Positions 10,828-21,928 of a stretch of 64,000 nt of DNA are shown here, in pieces. This DNA comes from a bacterium (GTDB lineage: Bacteria; Zhuqueibacterota; Zhuqueibacteria; Residuimicrobiales; Krinioviventaceae). How positions within the stretch are numbered: the stretch's first letter is position 1; the number at the start of each line of letters is the position of its first letter. The stretch spans positions 3,456,001 through 3,520,000 of the forward strand of contig CAXXMD010000003.1 in the NCBI GenBank assembly GCA_963675755.2, in the 5' to 3' direction. A program made the translations under genes and the position numbers. The notes beneath the pieces are model-generated. The model worked only from the letters and a program-made list of their open reading frames with translations. It searched no databases and was not told where the DNA came from.

Positions 10828-11253
10828 ATGCCTCGGATAGTTAAATGTTTTATACTTTTTATTTTATTTGCAAGCAGTGCATTTGCTACTGAATTGGTTT
10901 TTACGTTTGTTAACCCTGCTTTTGGCGGTTATTATTATAACGCTACCTGGCTATTGAATTCAGCTCAATTACAAGATGATACCGGTGAATCTTCAAGTTC
11001 ATATACCAGCAGTTATTATTCAGCATCATCCCTTGAAGACTTTGAGGAAAGTATTAATCGTCAGATTCTGAGCCGTTTGTCCAGCAAGCTAGTTACACAG
11101 ATATTTGGGGAAGAAGATCTTGAACCAGGCCATTATGAAATTGGTGATTTTCAGATCGATGTAACCCCATCAGATAATGGAATACGCGTGGAAATAAATG
11201 ATCCGGTAAATGGCGGCGAAACAATTATAGAATTACCCTATTATGGTGACTGA
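10828..11253 (+). CDS. csgF: Curli assembly component CsgF
   Basis: Signal peptide AFA, then ELVFTFVNPAFGG...WLLNSAQLQ, the CsgF hallmark. Confidence 0.93.
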   Translation: MPRIVKCFILFILFASSAFATELVFTFVNPAFGGYYYNATWLLNSAQLQDDTGESSSSYTSSYYSASSLEDFEESINRQILSRLSSKLVTQIFGEEDLEPGHYEIGDFQIDVTPSDNGIRVEINDPVNGGETIIELPYYGD

Positions 11254-11266
11254 GAGTAGTGCAAAG

Positions 11267-12685
11267 ATGAAAATGAGACCTGTAATTTATTCAATTTTTA
11301 TAATTATTATGATTTTAATGGGGTGTGCACCCTATTTACATCAAAGTAATCCTGTGCATACAACCCCGGCTACATTGGGGTATACCACAGCTATACATAG
11401 TGATTTACTTTCTTTACCTGAACCACGTGAAAAGATTGTTATTGCAGTATACAAATTTAGAGACCAGACCGGACAGTACAAAGCTTCGTCAAGTGGCATG
11501 ACATGGTCCACTGCTGTTACCCAGGGTGCTACATCTATGCTGCTAAAGGCTATGGAAGAATCAGGCTGGTTTATTGTCGTTGAACGTGAGGGTATTTCAA
11601 ACCTGCTGAATGAAAGAAAAATCATTCGCTCTACTCGTGAAAATTATACGGATGATCAAGGGCAGCAGTTACCCCCATTGCCTCCATTGCTCTATGCCGG
11701 AGTTACAATAGAGGGCGGAATTATTTCGTACGAAACAAACACTTTAACCGGTGGTTTTGGTGCACGTTATTTTGGTATTGGTGGGAATAACGAGTTCCGC
11801 AGTGATCAGGTAAATATTTATTTACGTTCTGTTGCTACAAAATCCGGTCGGATTTTAAATCAGGTAAATACTACAAAAACTATATTGTCTCAAGCTGTTG
11901 ATTTTAGTGTATATAAATTTGTACGAGAAAGCCGTTTATTAGAGATTGAAAGTGGTTATTCTACCAATGAACCGCCACAAATGTGTGTGCTGGAAGCAAT
12001 AGAGAAAGCAGTACTGGCCCTTGTTTGTGAAGGTATTGTATCAAAGAGCTGGGAGTTGAAAAATCCTGCAGATATTAAATCTCCGGTAATTCAAAGGTAT
12101 CTGGACGAAAAGCAAAGTACAACAAGATATACATTGCAGAATAGTATGCTTAACAGCAGATATGCAAAACCTCAATATGGTTATGATAAGGGATTAGGAC
12201 TTACCTTGAATGTGGGTAGTCATTTATACCAGGGCGATTACTCAAATCCCGAAATTCGCCCCATGGGTGATGCTTCTATTTTATGGGGCCTGCATCCCAA
12301 TGTCTTGTTGGAATTGAATGGTAGTATAGGGCGGATTGCAAATAAAGAAAACTTTTATACTGATTTGGGTTATTTGAATTTACAAAGCCGTTTTACATTT
12401 TGGTCAAATTCAAGATTTCGACCATTTGGAATTTTGGGCGCGGGAGCAATGAATTTTAGAGCTCGGGATAAAGCGGGAGTGTACATTCCACGTAAGAAAC
12501 GGTTTAAGGGCTGGGAGCCTGTTATGATTTCTGGTTTAGGCGTTGAATATTTTATCAATCCCAGTCTAAGCATGAATTTGAGTTTTATAAATCAATATAC
12601 CTTTACAGATTACCTGGATGGGGTTATCCATGGAAGTTATGATGACTATTTCTGGGGATTCAAGCTGGGGTTTAGTTATTACTAA
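11267..12685 (+). CDS. csgG: Curli secretion pore CsgG fused to a C-terminal outer-membrane beta-barrel-like domain
   Basis: Lipobox LMGC, VYKFRDQTGQYK, STAVTQGA, VEREG..NLLNERKIIR; about 170 extra aa of amphipathic strands ending KLGFSYY. Confidence 0.95.
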   Translation: MKMRPVIYSIFIIIMILMGCAPYLHQSNPVHTTPATLGYTTAIHSDLLSLPEPREKIVIAVYKFRDQTGQYKASSSGMTWSTAVTQGATSMLLKAMEESGWFIVVEREGISNLLNERKIIRSTRENYTDDQGQQLPPLPPLLYAGVTIEGGIISYETNTLTGGFGARYFGIGGNNEFRSDQVNIYLRSVATKSGRILNQVNTTKTILSQAVDFSVYKFVRESRLLEIESGYSTNEPPQMCVLEAIEKAVLALVCEGIVSKSWELKNPADIKSPVIQRYLDEKQSTTRYTLQNSMLNSRYAKPQYGYDKGLGLTLNVGSHLYQGDYSNPEIRPMGDASILWGLHPNVLLELNGSIGRIANKENFYTDLGYLNLQSRFTFWSNSRFRPFGILGAGAMNFRARDKAGVYIPRKKRFKGWEPVMISGLGVEYFINPSLSMNLSFINQYTFTDYLDGVIHGSYDDYFWGFKLGFSYY

Positions 12686-12921
12686 GATCAGTTGAATACT
12701 GAAAGCTATCTGGTTGGGATCTGGTAAGGGCAGATAGATAAATGAACATCACGTAGATGTAAAAAAAACAAACGTATTTTGACAATTTCGTTGCATTAAC
12801 AGGCAATCATTAAATTATTATGTCTAAATGATTCTCTGTTGATACCAGTGGAAATGTATTGTTCATTTCCCAATGTAAACAATTGCTACATGAAAAATGC
12901 AATGCAAAGCGTAGTTGAGGA

Positions 12922-14241
12922 GTGAGGATGAGAATTTTCATGTCTGTTCTACTGGCACTGTTATTATTTTCAAGTGTTGGTATTGGCGCAGAAAACAGTG
13001 TAACTGCTAATGTAAATGGTAATTACAATCAATCAACAGTTACACAAGATGGATCAGCAAACACAGCTTCTGTTGACCAAAACAGTGCTGCAACCAAAGC
13101 AGCAGAAATGAATACTGTTGCTGTCACTCAAAAAAGTGATGATAATACCGCAACAGTTAATCAAGGTTCTGTATTAAAAACAAAGTATGTAAAGAATACG
13201 ACTGCAATTGTCACTCAGGCAGGCACAGGCGGAAACAGTGCAATTGTGAACCAGGGTACCGAAATCCATAATGGTTCAGTTGTTTCCAATGCAAAAGCGA
13301 ATATTAATCAAACTGGTGGATCCGGAAACAGTGCCGAGATAAATCAAAAATCCTGGAATTCGAATGCTTCTCCTACCAAATGGAGTAAACCGGATGATAA
13401 TACTGCAACTATTATTCAGGATGGATCTGGAAATACTGCAAGTTCAATATCTGACGTGACTCGTGGATCAACATTTATTCTTCAAGAGGGTAATGAAAAT
13501 ACAGCAACCCAAAAACAGGATGGAGAAAGAGATTTTACAGCCAGAATCACTCAGGAAGGTAACCATAATACTGCATCTCAGTTTCAACATGGTGACGCAA
13601 ATGCCAATGCGGAAATTGTTCAAAAGGGTATGGGGAATACTGCATCACAATGGCAGAAAAAAAATAATAATAGTTTGATCTATCAGGATGGTGTGGATAA
13701 TACCGCAGATGTTGAACAAAAATCTGCTGGTAATATCAAAGCCAATATTTATCAATATGGAAGTTATAATGGTTCTGCCGTTGATCCGGTTTTAATTGAA
13801 CAAAAAGGTGGATCAGGGAACTCTGCTGTGATTTATCAGGGTGATCCTACTTTGAATGTTTATAACAATAGCGCAATGATCTATCAGGATGGAACACTGA
13901 ATCTGGCAGCTATTCAACAATATAGTAATGAGAATGAAGTCATTTTATTTCAAAATGGGGTAGGGAATGAACTCCATGCATTACAAAAAGGAGGTGATGG
14001 GAACATTATCAATCTGACCCAGGATGGCGGTTCAACAGCATCTATTACTCAGGATGGCAGTGATAATGTCTTGAAAGGGGTAGGGGCAGGAAATACTATG
14101 GGACAATCATTAAATGGCAGCAGTCTTGATTTAACTCAAACAGGTACGGGAAACGTGTTAGAGTTGTTTCAGACCAATGGTGCTGCAGTCAAAGTTCTAC
14201 AAAATGGTATGACAAATAAAGTAACAATAATACAAAATTAA
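12922..14241 (+). CDS. Curlin repeat protein 1
   Basis: Sec signal peptide; many Q-x-G-x-x-N-x-A-x-x-x-Q repeats. Confidence 0.9.
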   Translation: MRMRIFMSVLLALLLFSSVGIGAENSVTANVNGNYNQSTVTQDGSANTASVDQNSAATKAAEMNTVAVTQKSDDNTATVNQGSVLKTKYVKNTTAIVTQAGTGGNSAIVNQGTEIHNGSVVSNAKANINQTGGSGNSAEINQKSWNSNASPTKWSKPDDNTATIIQDGSGNTASSISDVTRGSTFILQEGNENTATQKQDGERDFTARITQEGNHNTASQFQHGDANANAEIVQKGMGNTASQWQKKNNNSLIYQDGVDNTADVEQKSAGNIKANIYQYGSYNGSAVDPVLIEQKGGSGNSAVIYQGDPTLNVYNNSAMIYQDGTLNLAAIQQYSNENEVILFQNGVGNELHALQKGGDGNIINLTQDGGSTASITQDGSDNVLKGVGAGNTMGQSLNGSSLDLTQTGTGNVLELFQTNGAAVKVLQNGMTNKVTIIQN

Positions 14242-14253
14242 GGGAGTAGGGTA

Positions 14254-15393
14254 ATGAAAAGGTTGTTTGTTTTTTTGCTGGTGTTATGCATGTCAACATT
14301 TTTGATGGCTGCAAGTAATACCGCAACGATTAATCAATCAGGTAACACACACGAAGCTGATGTAACCCAATCCGGTTCTGATAATAGCGCAACAGTTATT
14401 CAGGGGAGTGGAAATGGAAATGAGCTTGGTTCTCCGGATGCAGGTGATCCAGGAATTGGCGCATATGGTGAAAGTGATGACCTCTCTAAAGCAAAGGGAT
14501 TGGTGCAGAGTGGTGATAATAATGTTGCTTATATTTCTCAATTAGGCAATAATAATGCAATACAGCAATTTCGTCAATTACGAGGTGTTTTAAATTCAGT
14601 CCAACAAATTGGTAATGCAAATGATATTTCTGTATTACAAGCCGGTGGCAACAATGTAGTAGGTCAGGCTAGTTCAGAATACAACAGTCTTGAACAAGTA
14701 GGAAATGGAAATGATGCAACAATTGGACAATCTGGAAATAATAACAAACTTGCTGTATTTTACCAGTTGAATGATGACAATTATGCAAACATTAATCAGG
14801 TTGGTGATAATAATTATATTGCTAGTGCTACGCAAAAGCCACTCGGAGGCTCTCCTGCAAATAATTCATTGACCATTCTTCAGGATGGAAATAATAACCG
14901 TATCGATAACGCAGGTGAAGAAGGAATTGATATTTTGGGTTCAATCACACAAGATGGTGATCAGAACCGTGCAAGTATGCAATTGAGTCGCACTGCTGCG
15001 TTTGGTGATATTGATCAGATTGGTGATGACAACCGTGCAACTATCACCATTAATAAAAGTTATATCGGCAATTCAAATAGTGGTGATATTGATCAACTTG
15101 GTAATGGTAATGTTGCAACTCAGGTTATCAGCCAAGTGGATCCCGGTATTACTTCTTCAAACAATACGATGACAACATTTCAATCTGGTGATGGAAATGA
15201 TGCTGATATATTAGTATTAGGTTCTGACAACCAGGCAACTATAAACCAAACCGGTATTGGTGGCCATATTGCTGATATTACACAGAGTGGTGATTTGAAT
15301 ATTGCATCTATCAGTTCAGATGGTTCTGGTCATGTTGGTTCAATTGTTCAAACAGGAAATCAAAACAATGCATTGATAACACAGCAACCATAA
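14254..15393 (+). CDS. Curlin repeat protein 2
   Basis: Signal peptide plus curlin repeats (QSGNTHEADVTQSGSDNSATVIQ). Confidence 0.9.
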   Translation: MKRLFVFLLVLCMSTFLMAASNTATINQSGNTHEADVTQSGSDNSATVIQGSGNGNELGSPDAGDPGIGAYGESDDLSKAKGLVQSGDNNVAYISQLGNNNAIQQFRQLRGVLNSVQQIGNANDISVLQAGGNNVVGQASSEYNSLEQVGNGNDATIGQSGNNNKLAVFYQLNDDNYANINQVGDNNYIASATQKPLGGSPANNSLTILQDGNNNRIDNAGEEGIDILGSITQDGDQNRASMQLSRTAAFGDIDQIGDDNRATITINKSYIGNSNSGDIDQLGNGNVATQVISQVDPGITSSNNTMTTFQSGDGNDADILVLGSDNQATINQTGIGGHIADITQSGDLNIASISSDGSGHVGSIVQTGNQNNALITQQP

Positions 15394-15485
15394 TATAATT
15401 TACCCAATAATTGTATGTGTTTGGGTGATTAAAACAAATGACTTGTTAGCTATAAATATCGAGAAACCTTTAAAGGAAATAAATT

Positions 15486-16595
15486 ATGAAAAATTTGTTT
15501 GTAGTTTTAATGTTACTGGCAATGACAGGTTTTGTTATGGCTGGAAGTGATGCAACCGTCACACAGGTTGGTGACAATAATGATGCTCAAGTTCAACAGA
15601 CGGGCACAAATCATACTGCTGAAGTAACCCAATACGGTAAAAACATTGCTGATGTTGAGCAAGTTGGGTCTACGAATGAAGCATACATCACGCAGGGTCA
15701 ATCTGGCTCTCCGGTAACAAATTTTGGTACAAATGTTTCCTGGAAATATGGTGCTTTTATTAAACAGGATGGTTCTGACAATGACGCAGCTCAAACAGTT
15801 AGAACAAATGATAATGGAATCAGCATTTATCAAAAAGGTGATCGAAATGACGCCGTTCAGGATGTCTATTCATATATCCATAAATCAACTGATTGGAATG
15901 AAATGGGTTTAGATATTGATCAAATAGGCAATGATAATTATTCCCAACAAAAAACAATCAAACAGTTTGGTAGTTATGGTATTCAAAAAATGGTTTCTAA
16001 ACAAGAAGGAAACATGAATAGTGCTTTTCAATACAGCATTGGTGGCAAAGTATCAGAAATGCGTGTTGTGCAAGTAGGCAACAATAATACAGGTGCAACT
16101 GCTGCAGATGTTGCTTCTACAACTATTAATCCCCTTTCATTACCTTGGGGAACAGAAAAACACCCAAGCCATCTGGATGGTATAGATCCTGTTTCAAATA
16201 TTACAGATGGTGTATATACACAATATCAAAATGGTATGTATAGCACTGCAAAGACCATTGTAACTGGTTCCTATAATAAAACAACTCAGGCTCAGGAATG
16301 GACTGATTATTTTGGTGCTGCTGGTTCAAATACTGAAACACTTGACATTTTTGGAGATACCAATGCTTCCATTCAGGGACAATTTGGTGAATACAATGAA
16401 TCCTATGTAAGTGTTTCTGGCTCATACAACCAGATTGCAACCAGTCAAAAAGGTGACAGTAATTTTGCCGATGTGGATTTACTGGGTGCCAGTGATAATA
16501 ATGTTGTGGGTATCGACCAAACTGGTGATTCAAATAGCGCTATTGTTAGTGTAAACGGTGCAAATAACATGGCAACTGTTATTCAACAACCGTAG
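15486..16595 (+). CDS. Curlin repeat protein 3
   Basis: Signal peptide plus curlin repeats (QVGDNNDAQVQQ). Confidence 0.9.
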   Translation: MKNLFVVLMLLAMTGFVMAGSDATVTQVGDNNDAQVQQTGTNHTAEVTQYGKNIADVEQVGSTNEAYITQGQSGSPVTNFGTNVSWKYGAFIKQDGSDNDAAQTVRTNDNGISIYQKGDRNDAVQDVYSYIHKSTDWNEMGLDIDQIGNDNYSQQKTIKQFGSYGIQKMVSKQEGNMNSAFQYSIGGKVSEMRVVQVGNNNTGATAADVASTTINPLSLPWGTEKHPSHLDGIDPVSNITDGVYTQYQNGMYSTAKTIVTGSYNKTTQAQEWTDYFGAAGSNTETLDIFGDTNASIQGQFGEYNESYVSVSGSYNQIATSQKGDSNFADVDLLGASDNNVVGIDQTGDSNSAIVSVNGANNMATVIQQP

Positions 16596-16602
16596 TGATT
16601 TT

Positions 16603-16637
16603 TTATCCATGGGAGCTTAGTGACTCCCCATGGATAA
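16603..16637 (+). terminator. Intergenic stem-loop (attenuator or mRNA stabiliser)
   Basis: ttatccatgggag...ctccccatggataa inverted repeat; weak U tail. Confidence 0.6.
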
Positions 16638-16741
16638 TGTTGTGTTCTTTATAAATTTTTGTGTTTGTGGGTAGTCAAATTAATTGACTAATAGGGTATT
16701 AAAAAACAATTTAATCATAACCTTGAGAAAGGGGTAAGGAA

Positions 16742-19183
16742 ATGAAAAAAGTAGTAATTTTTTTGATGGTTCTTTTAATGGCTGGTTTTGGTTTTGCAGC
16801 AAATACCAGTACAACAACTCAAAGCGGTGATAACAATACTGCAGACGTAGATCAAACAGGAAGTAATACAGCTACAACAACACAAACAGGTGACAATGGT
16901 ACAATAGATATTGACCAGAATGGTGAAAACAGTGCAACAGTAACTCAGACTGAAACTGCAACAACAACACCTGTGGGTAGTCAGGCAGCAACAGTAGACC
17001 AGAATGGCTTGCGCAATACGGTTTCTATTGAGCAGACAGAGACAGGTGATGGTGGTCATACTTTTAACAGTGCTACAGCAGTTCAAGATGGAAATGATAA
17101 TACCATTACTCAATCAACCTATGCTCCGGGATATAATAGCGGTCAAAAGGTAGACGCATATCAGGAAGGTGATGATAATACTGCTACACAGACAATTACA
17201 GCAGGTTATACCAATTCTTTTGATGTTGATCAGATTGGTGATAATAATACTTCTACTCAAACTGGATCAGCAAACCATAGTCATGGAAACGTTTATACTA
17301 ACGGTAATAATAACTCTGCTACCCAGACACTTTCAGGCAGTAATCATGGATATTCTGGTGGTATTAATATTGATCAATATGGCGATGATAATGAAGCAGA
17401 ACAGACTTTTAGTGGCAGCGGATTGGGCCATGTTCAAAAAGGTGATATTTACCAGGACGGTAATTTTAATGATGCCCTCCAGACCAGTAATGGCCCGGAT
17501 AATGTTGCCAATACCTATCAGTTCGGTAATGAAAACGTAGCTGAAACATATATTGATGGTAGTGGAAATGATTCGGACATCGATCAAGTTGGCGATTTAA
17601 ATAATGCTGACATTAATCAACAAGGTGACGAAAATACTGGAAAAATCATTCAAGTTGGTGAAGCAAATGATTCTGATATTGATCAAACCGGTAATAACAA
17701 TACTGCATCTGTAGCATTGAGTGAACCAGCTTATACTTCTTCGTATAATACTACAGATATTGATCAAACCGGTAATAGAAATACTGCAACGCTTGGTACT
17801 TTGATGGGAGATAGAAATGTTACCACAATGAACCAGGAAGGTGATGACAATTATACTGAATATAATATTGGCTATGGTAACGATAATACCGCAACAATGA
17901 CTGTGAATGGTGATCGTAACAGAACCCGTATTGGTATATCAGCAGATTGGGGTTTAAAATCTAGTAATAACTCAATTGATATTACCAAAACTGGCGATGT
18001 TAACTATGTGTCAGGTGCAATTAAAGGTAACTATAATGATGTATACATCTATCAATATGGAAGTAATAACCGTGTTGGAACTTCCTGGTATACTTCTGAT
18101 GGTGTTAATATCTTGGGTGATCAAAATTACTCTTATGCGGCACAATTAGGCGATGCAAACGGTGCTTTAGTTGGACAAGTTGGTACAGGGAATTATGGGA
18201 TCACTGAACAGTATGGTAATTCCAACTCTGCACAAGTTAATCAAGATGGTTCGAGTAACTATGGACGTGCACGTCAGTTAAGTGGAAGTTCTAGCAATGA
18301 TGCTTCTGTAAGTCAAAACGGAACAAGCAATTCAGGATTTGTAGTACAAGGAATGATTGAGAATTATTATTCAGATCCAAAATATCAGCCAACAACTGAA
18401 ATGCAATCTTATAATAGCGAAGCTTCAGTTTCGCAAGTTGGTAGTGTAAATAAAGCGTATGCTTATCAAGTCGGTGATGCTAATAAAGGTTCAGTATCTC
18501 AAAATGGTAGTAATAACACCGCTTATTCATACCAAGGATGGTCATTCGGGTTCTGGGGAGAAACTCCCACTACTTCAGCCTTGGAAGCTACAAATAGTAA
18601 TGTAACTGTAACTCAAAACAGTAGTAATAATTATGGTGCTGTATGGCAGTATGGTGGAGATAATAACGCTGCATCTATTGATCAAAATACTGGTAATGGC
18701 AACAATGCTTCAATCTCACAAGGTTTTATTTATGTAGATGCAGATTATAATTTTCCACATCCGGTTTACAACACTAATAACAATAATGCTTCTATTAGTC
18801 AGGCGGGCGCAAGCAATACTGGCAAAGTGTTCCAGCTTGGTAATAGCAACCAATTTACATTAGCGCAAAATGGAGATGGTAATAAAGTTGGTTTAATTAG
18901 TGGTACAAGTGATTTGGGTCTAGTGCGTAATGCTTATTTTGATCAATCTGGAAATGGAAATATTTTCACTGGTACCCAGAATAATGGTGCTACTTTGGAT
19001 AATACCAGTTTTCAGCTTGGTGACGACAATGAAATTGATCTGATCCAGGGATCCGGAGATGTTGCTTTAATTCAACAAGATGGTGATTTAAATACTGCAA
19101 ACAATTATCAATATGGTGGTGCTAATTCATCCAGTATTATACAAACAGGTGATGGAAATACTTCAACAGTAACACAAAATTAA
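16742..19183 (+). CDS. Curlin repeat protein 4 (813 aa)
   Basis: Signal peptide plus dozens of QxGxxNxA repeats. Confidence 0.9.
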   Translation: MKKVVIFLMVLLMAGFGFAANTSTTTQSGDNNTADVDQTGSNTATTTQTGDNGTIDIDQNGENSATVTQTETATTTPVGSQAATVDQNGLRNTVSIEQTETGDGGHTFNSATAVQDGNDNTITQSTYAPGYNSGQKVDAYQEGDDNTATQTITAGYTNSFDVDQIGDNNTSTQTGSANHSHGNVYTNGNNNSATQTLSGSNHGYSGGINIDQYGDDNEAEQTFSGSGLGHVQKGDIYQDGNFNDALQTSNGPDNVANTYQFGNENVAETYIDGSGNDSDIDQVGDLNNADINQQGDENTGKIIQVGEANDSDIDQTGNNNTASVALSEPAYTSSYNTTDIDQTGNRNTATLGTLMGDRNVTTMNQEGDDNYTEYNIGYGNDNTATMTVNGDRNRTRIGISADWGLKSSNNSIDITKTGDVNYVSGAIKGNYNDVYIYQYGSNNRVGTSWYTSDGVNILGDQNYSYAAQLGDANGALVGQVGTGNYGITEQYGNSNSAQVNQDGSSNYGRARQLSGSSSNDASVSQNGTSNSGFVVQGMIENYYSDPKYQPTTEMQSYNSEASVSQVGSVNKAYAYQVGDANKGSVSQNGSNNTAYSYQGWSFGFWGETPTTSALEATNSNVTVTQNSSNNYGAVWQYGGDNNAASIDQNTGNGNNASISQGFIYVDADYNFPHPVYNTNNNNASISQAGASNTGKVFQLGNSNQFTLAQNGDGNKVGLISGTSDLGLVRNAYFDQSGNGNIFTGTQNNGATLDNTSFQLGDDNEIDLIQGSGDVALIQQDGDLNTANNYQYGGANSSSIIQTGDGNTSTVTQN

Positions 19184-19189
19184 TTTATA

Positions 19190-19222
19190 TGCCCGGGAAC
19201 GCTTTATTGTCGTCCCCGGGCA
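19190..19222 (+). terminator. Intergenic stem-loop without a U tract
   Basis: tgcccgggaacg...cgtccccgggca. Confidence 0.55.
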
Positions 19223-19305
19223 CAAAGATCATTAGGGTCTTGATTTGGGATGGGCAGTGAAAAAGAGTAACTGTCAAAAACAATTATATTTGGGAGAGGG
19301 GTAAC

Positions 19306-20394
19306 ATGAAAAAAACTTTGATTTGTTTGCTAGTTTTGGCATTTGCAGGATTTTTATCAGCGGCTAATAATGCTGCTGTCACTACAACTGGATCAAATAA
19401 TAATGCAACTATTGATCAGGTTGGAAGTAACGGTGCAACTGCCACCCAGACAGGTGATTATAATCTGGTTGATGTTGATCAAACAGGTGATAATACTGCA
19501 TCAATTTCACAAGCAAGTATTAATGGTGGAACTGCCGGAAAAGGCAATCAAGCTGGTGTTATGCAAAATGGTAGCGGTAATGAAACTTTGATAAATCAGG
19601 ATAGAAGTGGCGGTCAGCAAAGCAAAGTTTCCTTAGCAACCAGTGAACAAACAGGTGATAATAATTTAGCAACAATTAACCAAACTGGAAATTATCAAGG
19701 TTCAAACAAATCTTCAGTTACACAACATGGTATAACTGGTGGTTTGGGTAACACTGCAGAAGTGAATCAAATGGGTTATGGTAATACCTGGGATATTAAA
19801 CAAGCTGGTGACCAAAATTATGCTTTACAACAGGCTAATAGTGTTGTTCATAGTGGAACTACAAATAAAATTGAGCAAGATGGATTAAGTAATGAAGCAT
19901 ATCAGTATACCAGTGGAAGCGATGCTATGAAAGCAACAATAGCTCAGGTTACAGGTGTAAATGATAATTATGCTATTCAGACTCAGGCAGGGTTAAAAGC
20001 AGAAGCTGTTATTAACCAGTTTTCAAATTCAAATACAGCAATTCAGGAACAATATCATGGTTCATACAAACATGATGGTGTATATGCCCGTTCACATTTA
20101 GCAGTTATTACTCAAACTGGTGGTGAAAACAACTATGCAAAACAATATCAGGATGAAACTGTTGGTGATAGTTTTGCAAACAGCCGAAATGAATCAACTA
20201 TTTACCAGAATGGTGGAGACAATACTGCAACTGTATCGCAATATGATGGTTTGAGTGTGGGAAATGTTACACAAACTGGCAATTTAAATAATGCCACTAT
20301 TGAACAGAGCGGTTTAATTAATAATGCAGATATCACTCAAACCGGTAATGGTAATACTGCGACAGTTACTCAGGCTGATGGTGTTGTGATATAA
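19306..20394 (+). CDS. Curlin repeat protein 5
   Basis: Signal peptide plus curlin repeats. Confidence 0.9.
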   Translation: MKKTLICLLVLAFAGFLSAANNAAVTTTGSNNNATIDQVGSNGATATQTGDYNLVDVDQTGDNTASISQASINGGTAGKGNQAGVMQNGSGNETLINQDRSGGQQSKVSLATSEQTGDNNLATINQTGNYQGSNKSSVTQHGITGGLGNTAEVNQMGYGNTWDIKQAGDQNYALQQANSVVHSGTTNKIEQDGLSNEAYQYTSGSDAMKATIAQVTGVNDNYAIQTQAGLKAEAVINQFSNSNTAIQEQYHGSYKHDGVYARSHLAVITQTGGENNYAKQYQDETVGDSFANSRNESTIYQNGGDNTATVSQYDGLSVGNVTQTGNLNNATIEQSGLINNADITQTGNGNTATVTQADGVVI

Positions 20395-20484
20395 TTTCTT
20401 GAGATTATTAATAATTTCTTTCTGATATTTGAAAAGAATTCAGATAAAGTGTTGAAAAATTAACCTTTAAAAAGGGGTAAGAGG

Positions 20485-21861
20485 ATGAAAAAAATTGCAG
20501 TTTTATTGATGGTATTAGCAATGACAAGTTTTGTTATTGCAGCAAACAATGCAAATGTTACGTCAGAAGGTGATGGAAACAATGCTTCAGTAACTCAGAC
20601 AGGTTCTAATGTTGCCACAGTTGATCAGGTTGGAAATAATAATGATGTTGAAAATCTGTGGCAAAATGGAAATAATAATTCAGCATCGGCAACTCAAACC
20701 GGAAATGAAAATACTGGCCATTTTCGTCAAGGTGGTGGCGGTGTTTATGCTACATGGGGTATTCCTGATGCATATGACGATAATACTTTAACCAGTAATC
20801 AAACAGGTAATCAGAATTATGCTAAAGCGTCAGAATTTGGTAATAGCAATGCAGTTTCAATACAACAGACTGGTGACAATAATATTTCTCATAACTGGTT
20901 GTGGGGTCACACAAATACTTCAACTATAACTCAGGGCCCCTTGGCTGGAAGTACTAACGGTAATAATAACTATTCAGAAGTTGCTATTAATGGTCATACA
21001 AGCGTGGCAACAGTTACCCAGGTTGGTAATGAGAATACTGGATTAATTGGCCAAGGTTGGGCTGGGCGAAATTGGAGTGATAATACTGCTACTATTTATC
21101 AAGAAGGAAACCGCAATAAAGTTTCAAATGAAGTATGGCCAATGTCTGAATTACCAGGATATACATCTGACTTGCAAGGTATGGGAATTCAGCAATATGG
21201 TGGTTCTTCTAATTATGGTTCTGCCTCCCAAGTTGGTGATGATAATGTTACCTGGATTTATCAATATGGAAACAGTAACACCGCAACAAATAATCAAACC
21301 GGAAATAATAACAATGCAACTGTAAACCAGAATGGAAATGGTGATCTTAGTACCATCAATCAAAGCACATGGGGTACTGGTCATTCTGCTGTTGTAAATC
21401 AAATAAATGGTGACGCTAATGTAAGTGATATTTTACAAGACCAGCGAGGAGCTTCCGTTACTGTAGATCAAAATGGAAACAGTAATACTAGTGGAATTAA
21501 ACAATCCGGTCCTAATACTGCAGATATTGATCAGGTAGGTAATAATAATGTTTTAGGTCAATATAGTAATCTTGCTTCAAAAGCATTTCAGAAAAATGGA
21601 ACTTCTTTTTCTGATGATATGAATACACTTATAGTAGACCAACTGGGTGATGGAAACAAAGCAGGCGTGTGGCAAGAACATCATGCTGATGCTTTAATTG
21701 AACAAGGTGGAAATGGAAATGATGCCCGTGTATGGCAATCTGGTGCTGCTGGTGGAGATTTTAACAATGCAACTATTACTCAAACAGGTGATTTGAATGT
21801 AGGAAATATTCATCAAATGGGTGATGGTAATACTGCAGCTATATCACAAAATAGTTTGTAA
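20485..21861 (+). CDS. Curlin repeat protein 6
   Basis: Signal peptide plus curlin repeats. Confidence 0.9.
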   Translation: MKKIAVLLMVLAMTSFVIAANNANVTSEGDGNNASVTQTGSNVATVDQVGNNNDVENLWQNGNNNSASATQTGNENTGHFRQGGGGVYATWGIPDAYDDNTLTSNQTGNQNYAKASEFGNSNAVSIQQTGDNNISHNWLWGHTNTSTITQGPLAGSTNGNNNYSEVAINGHTSVATVTQVGNENTGLIGQGWAGRNWSDNTATIYQEGNRNKVSNEVWPMSELPGYTSDLQGMGIQQYGGSSNYGSASQVGDDNVTWIYQYGNSNTATNNQTGNNNNATVNQNGNGDLSTINQSTWGTGHSAVVNQINGDANVSDILQDQRGASVTVDQNGNSNTSGIKQSGPNTADIDQVGNNNVLGQYSNLASKAFQKNGTSFSDDMNTLIVDQLGDGNKAGVWQEHHADALIEQGGNGNDARVWQSGAAGGDFNNATITQTGDLNVGNIHQMGDGNTAAISQNSL

Positions 21862-21906
21862 AATTTAATACCCGTGAGAATATTTTAATCTTACGGGTAT
21901 TAAATT
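21862..21906 (+). terminator. Long intergenic stem-loop
   Basis: aatttaatacccgtgaga...tcttacgggtattaaatt, an 18-bp stem with one G-U pair. Confidence 0.65.
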
Positions 21907-21928
21907 GCTATTATTGAAGGGAATTATA

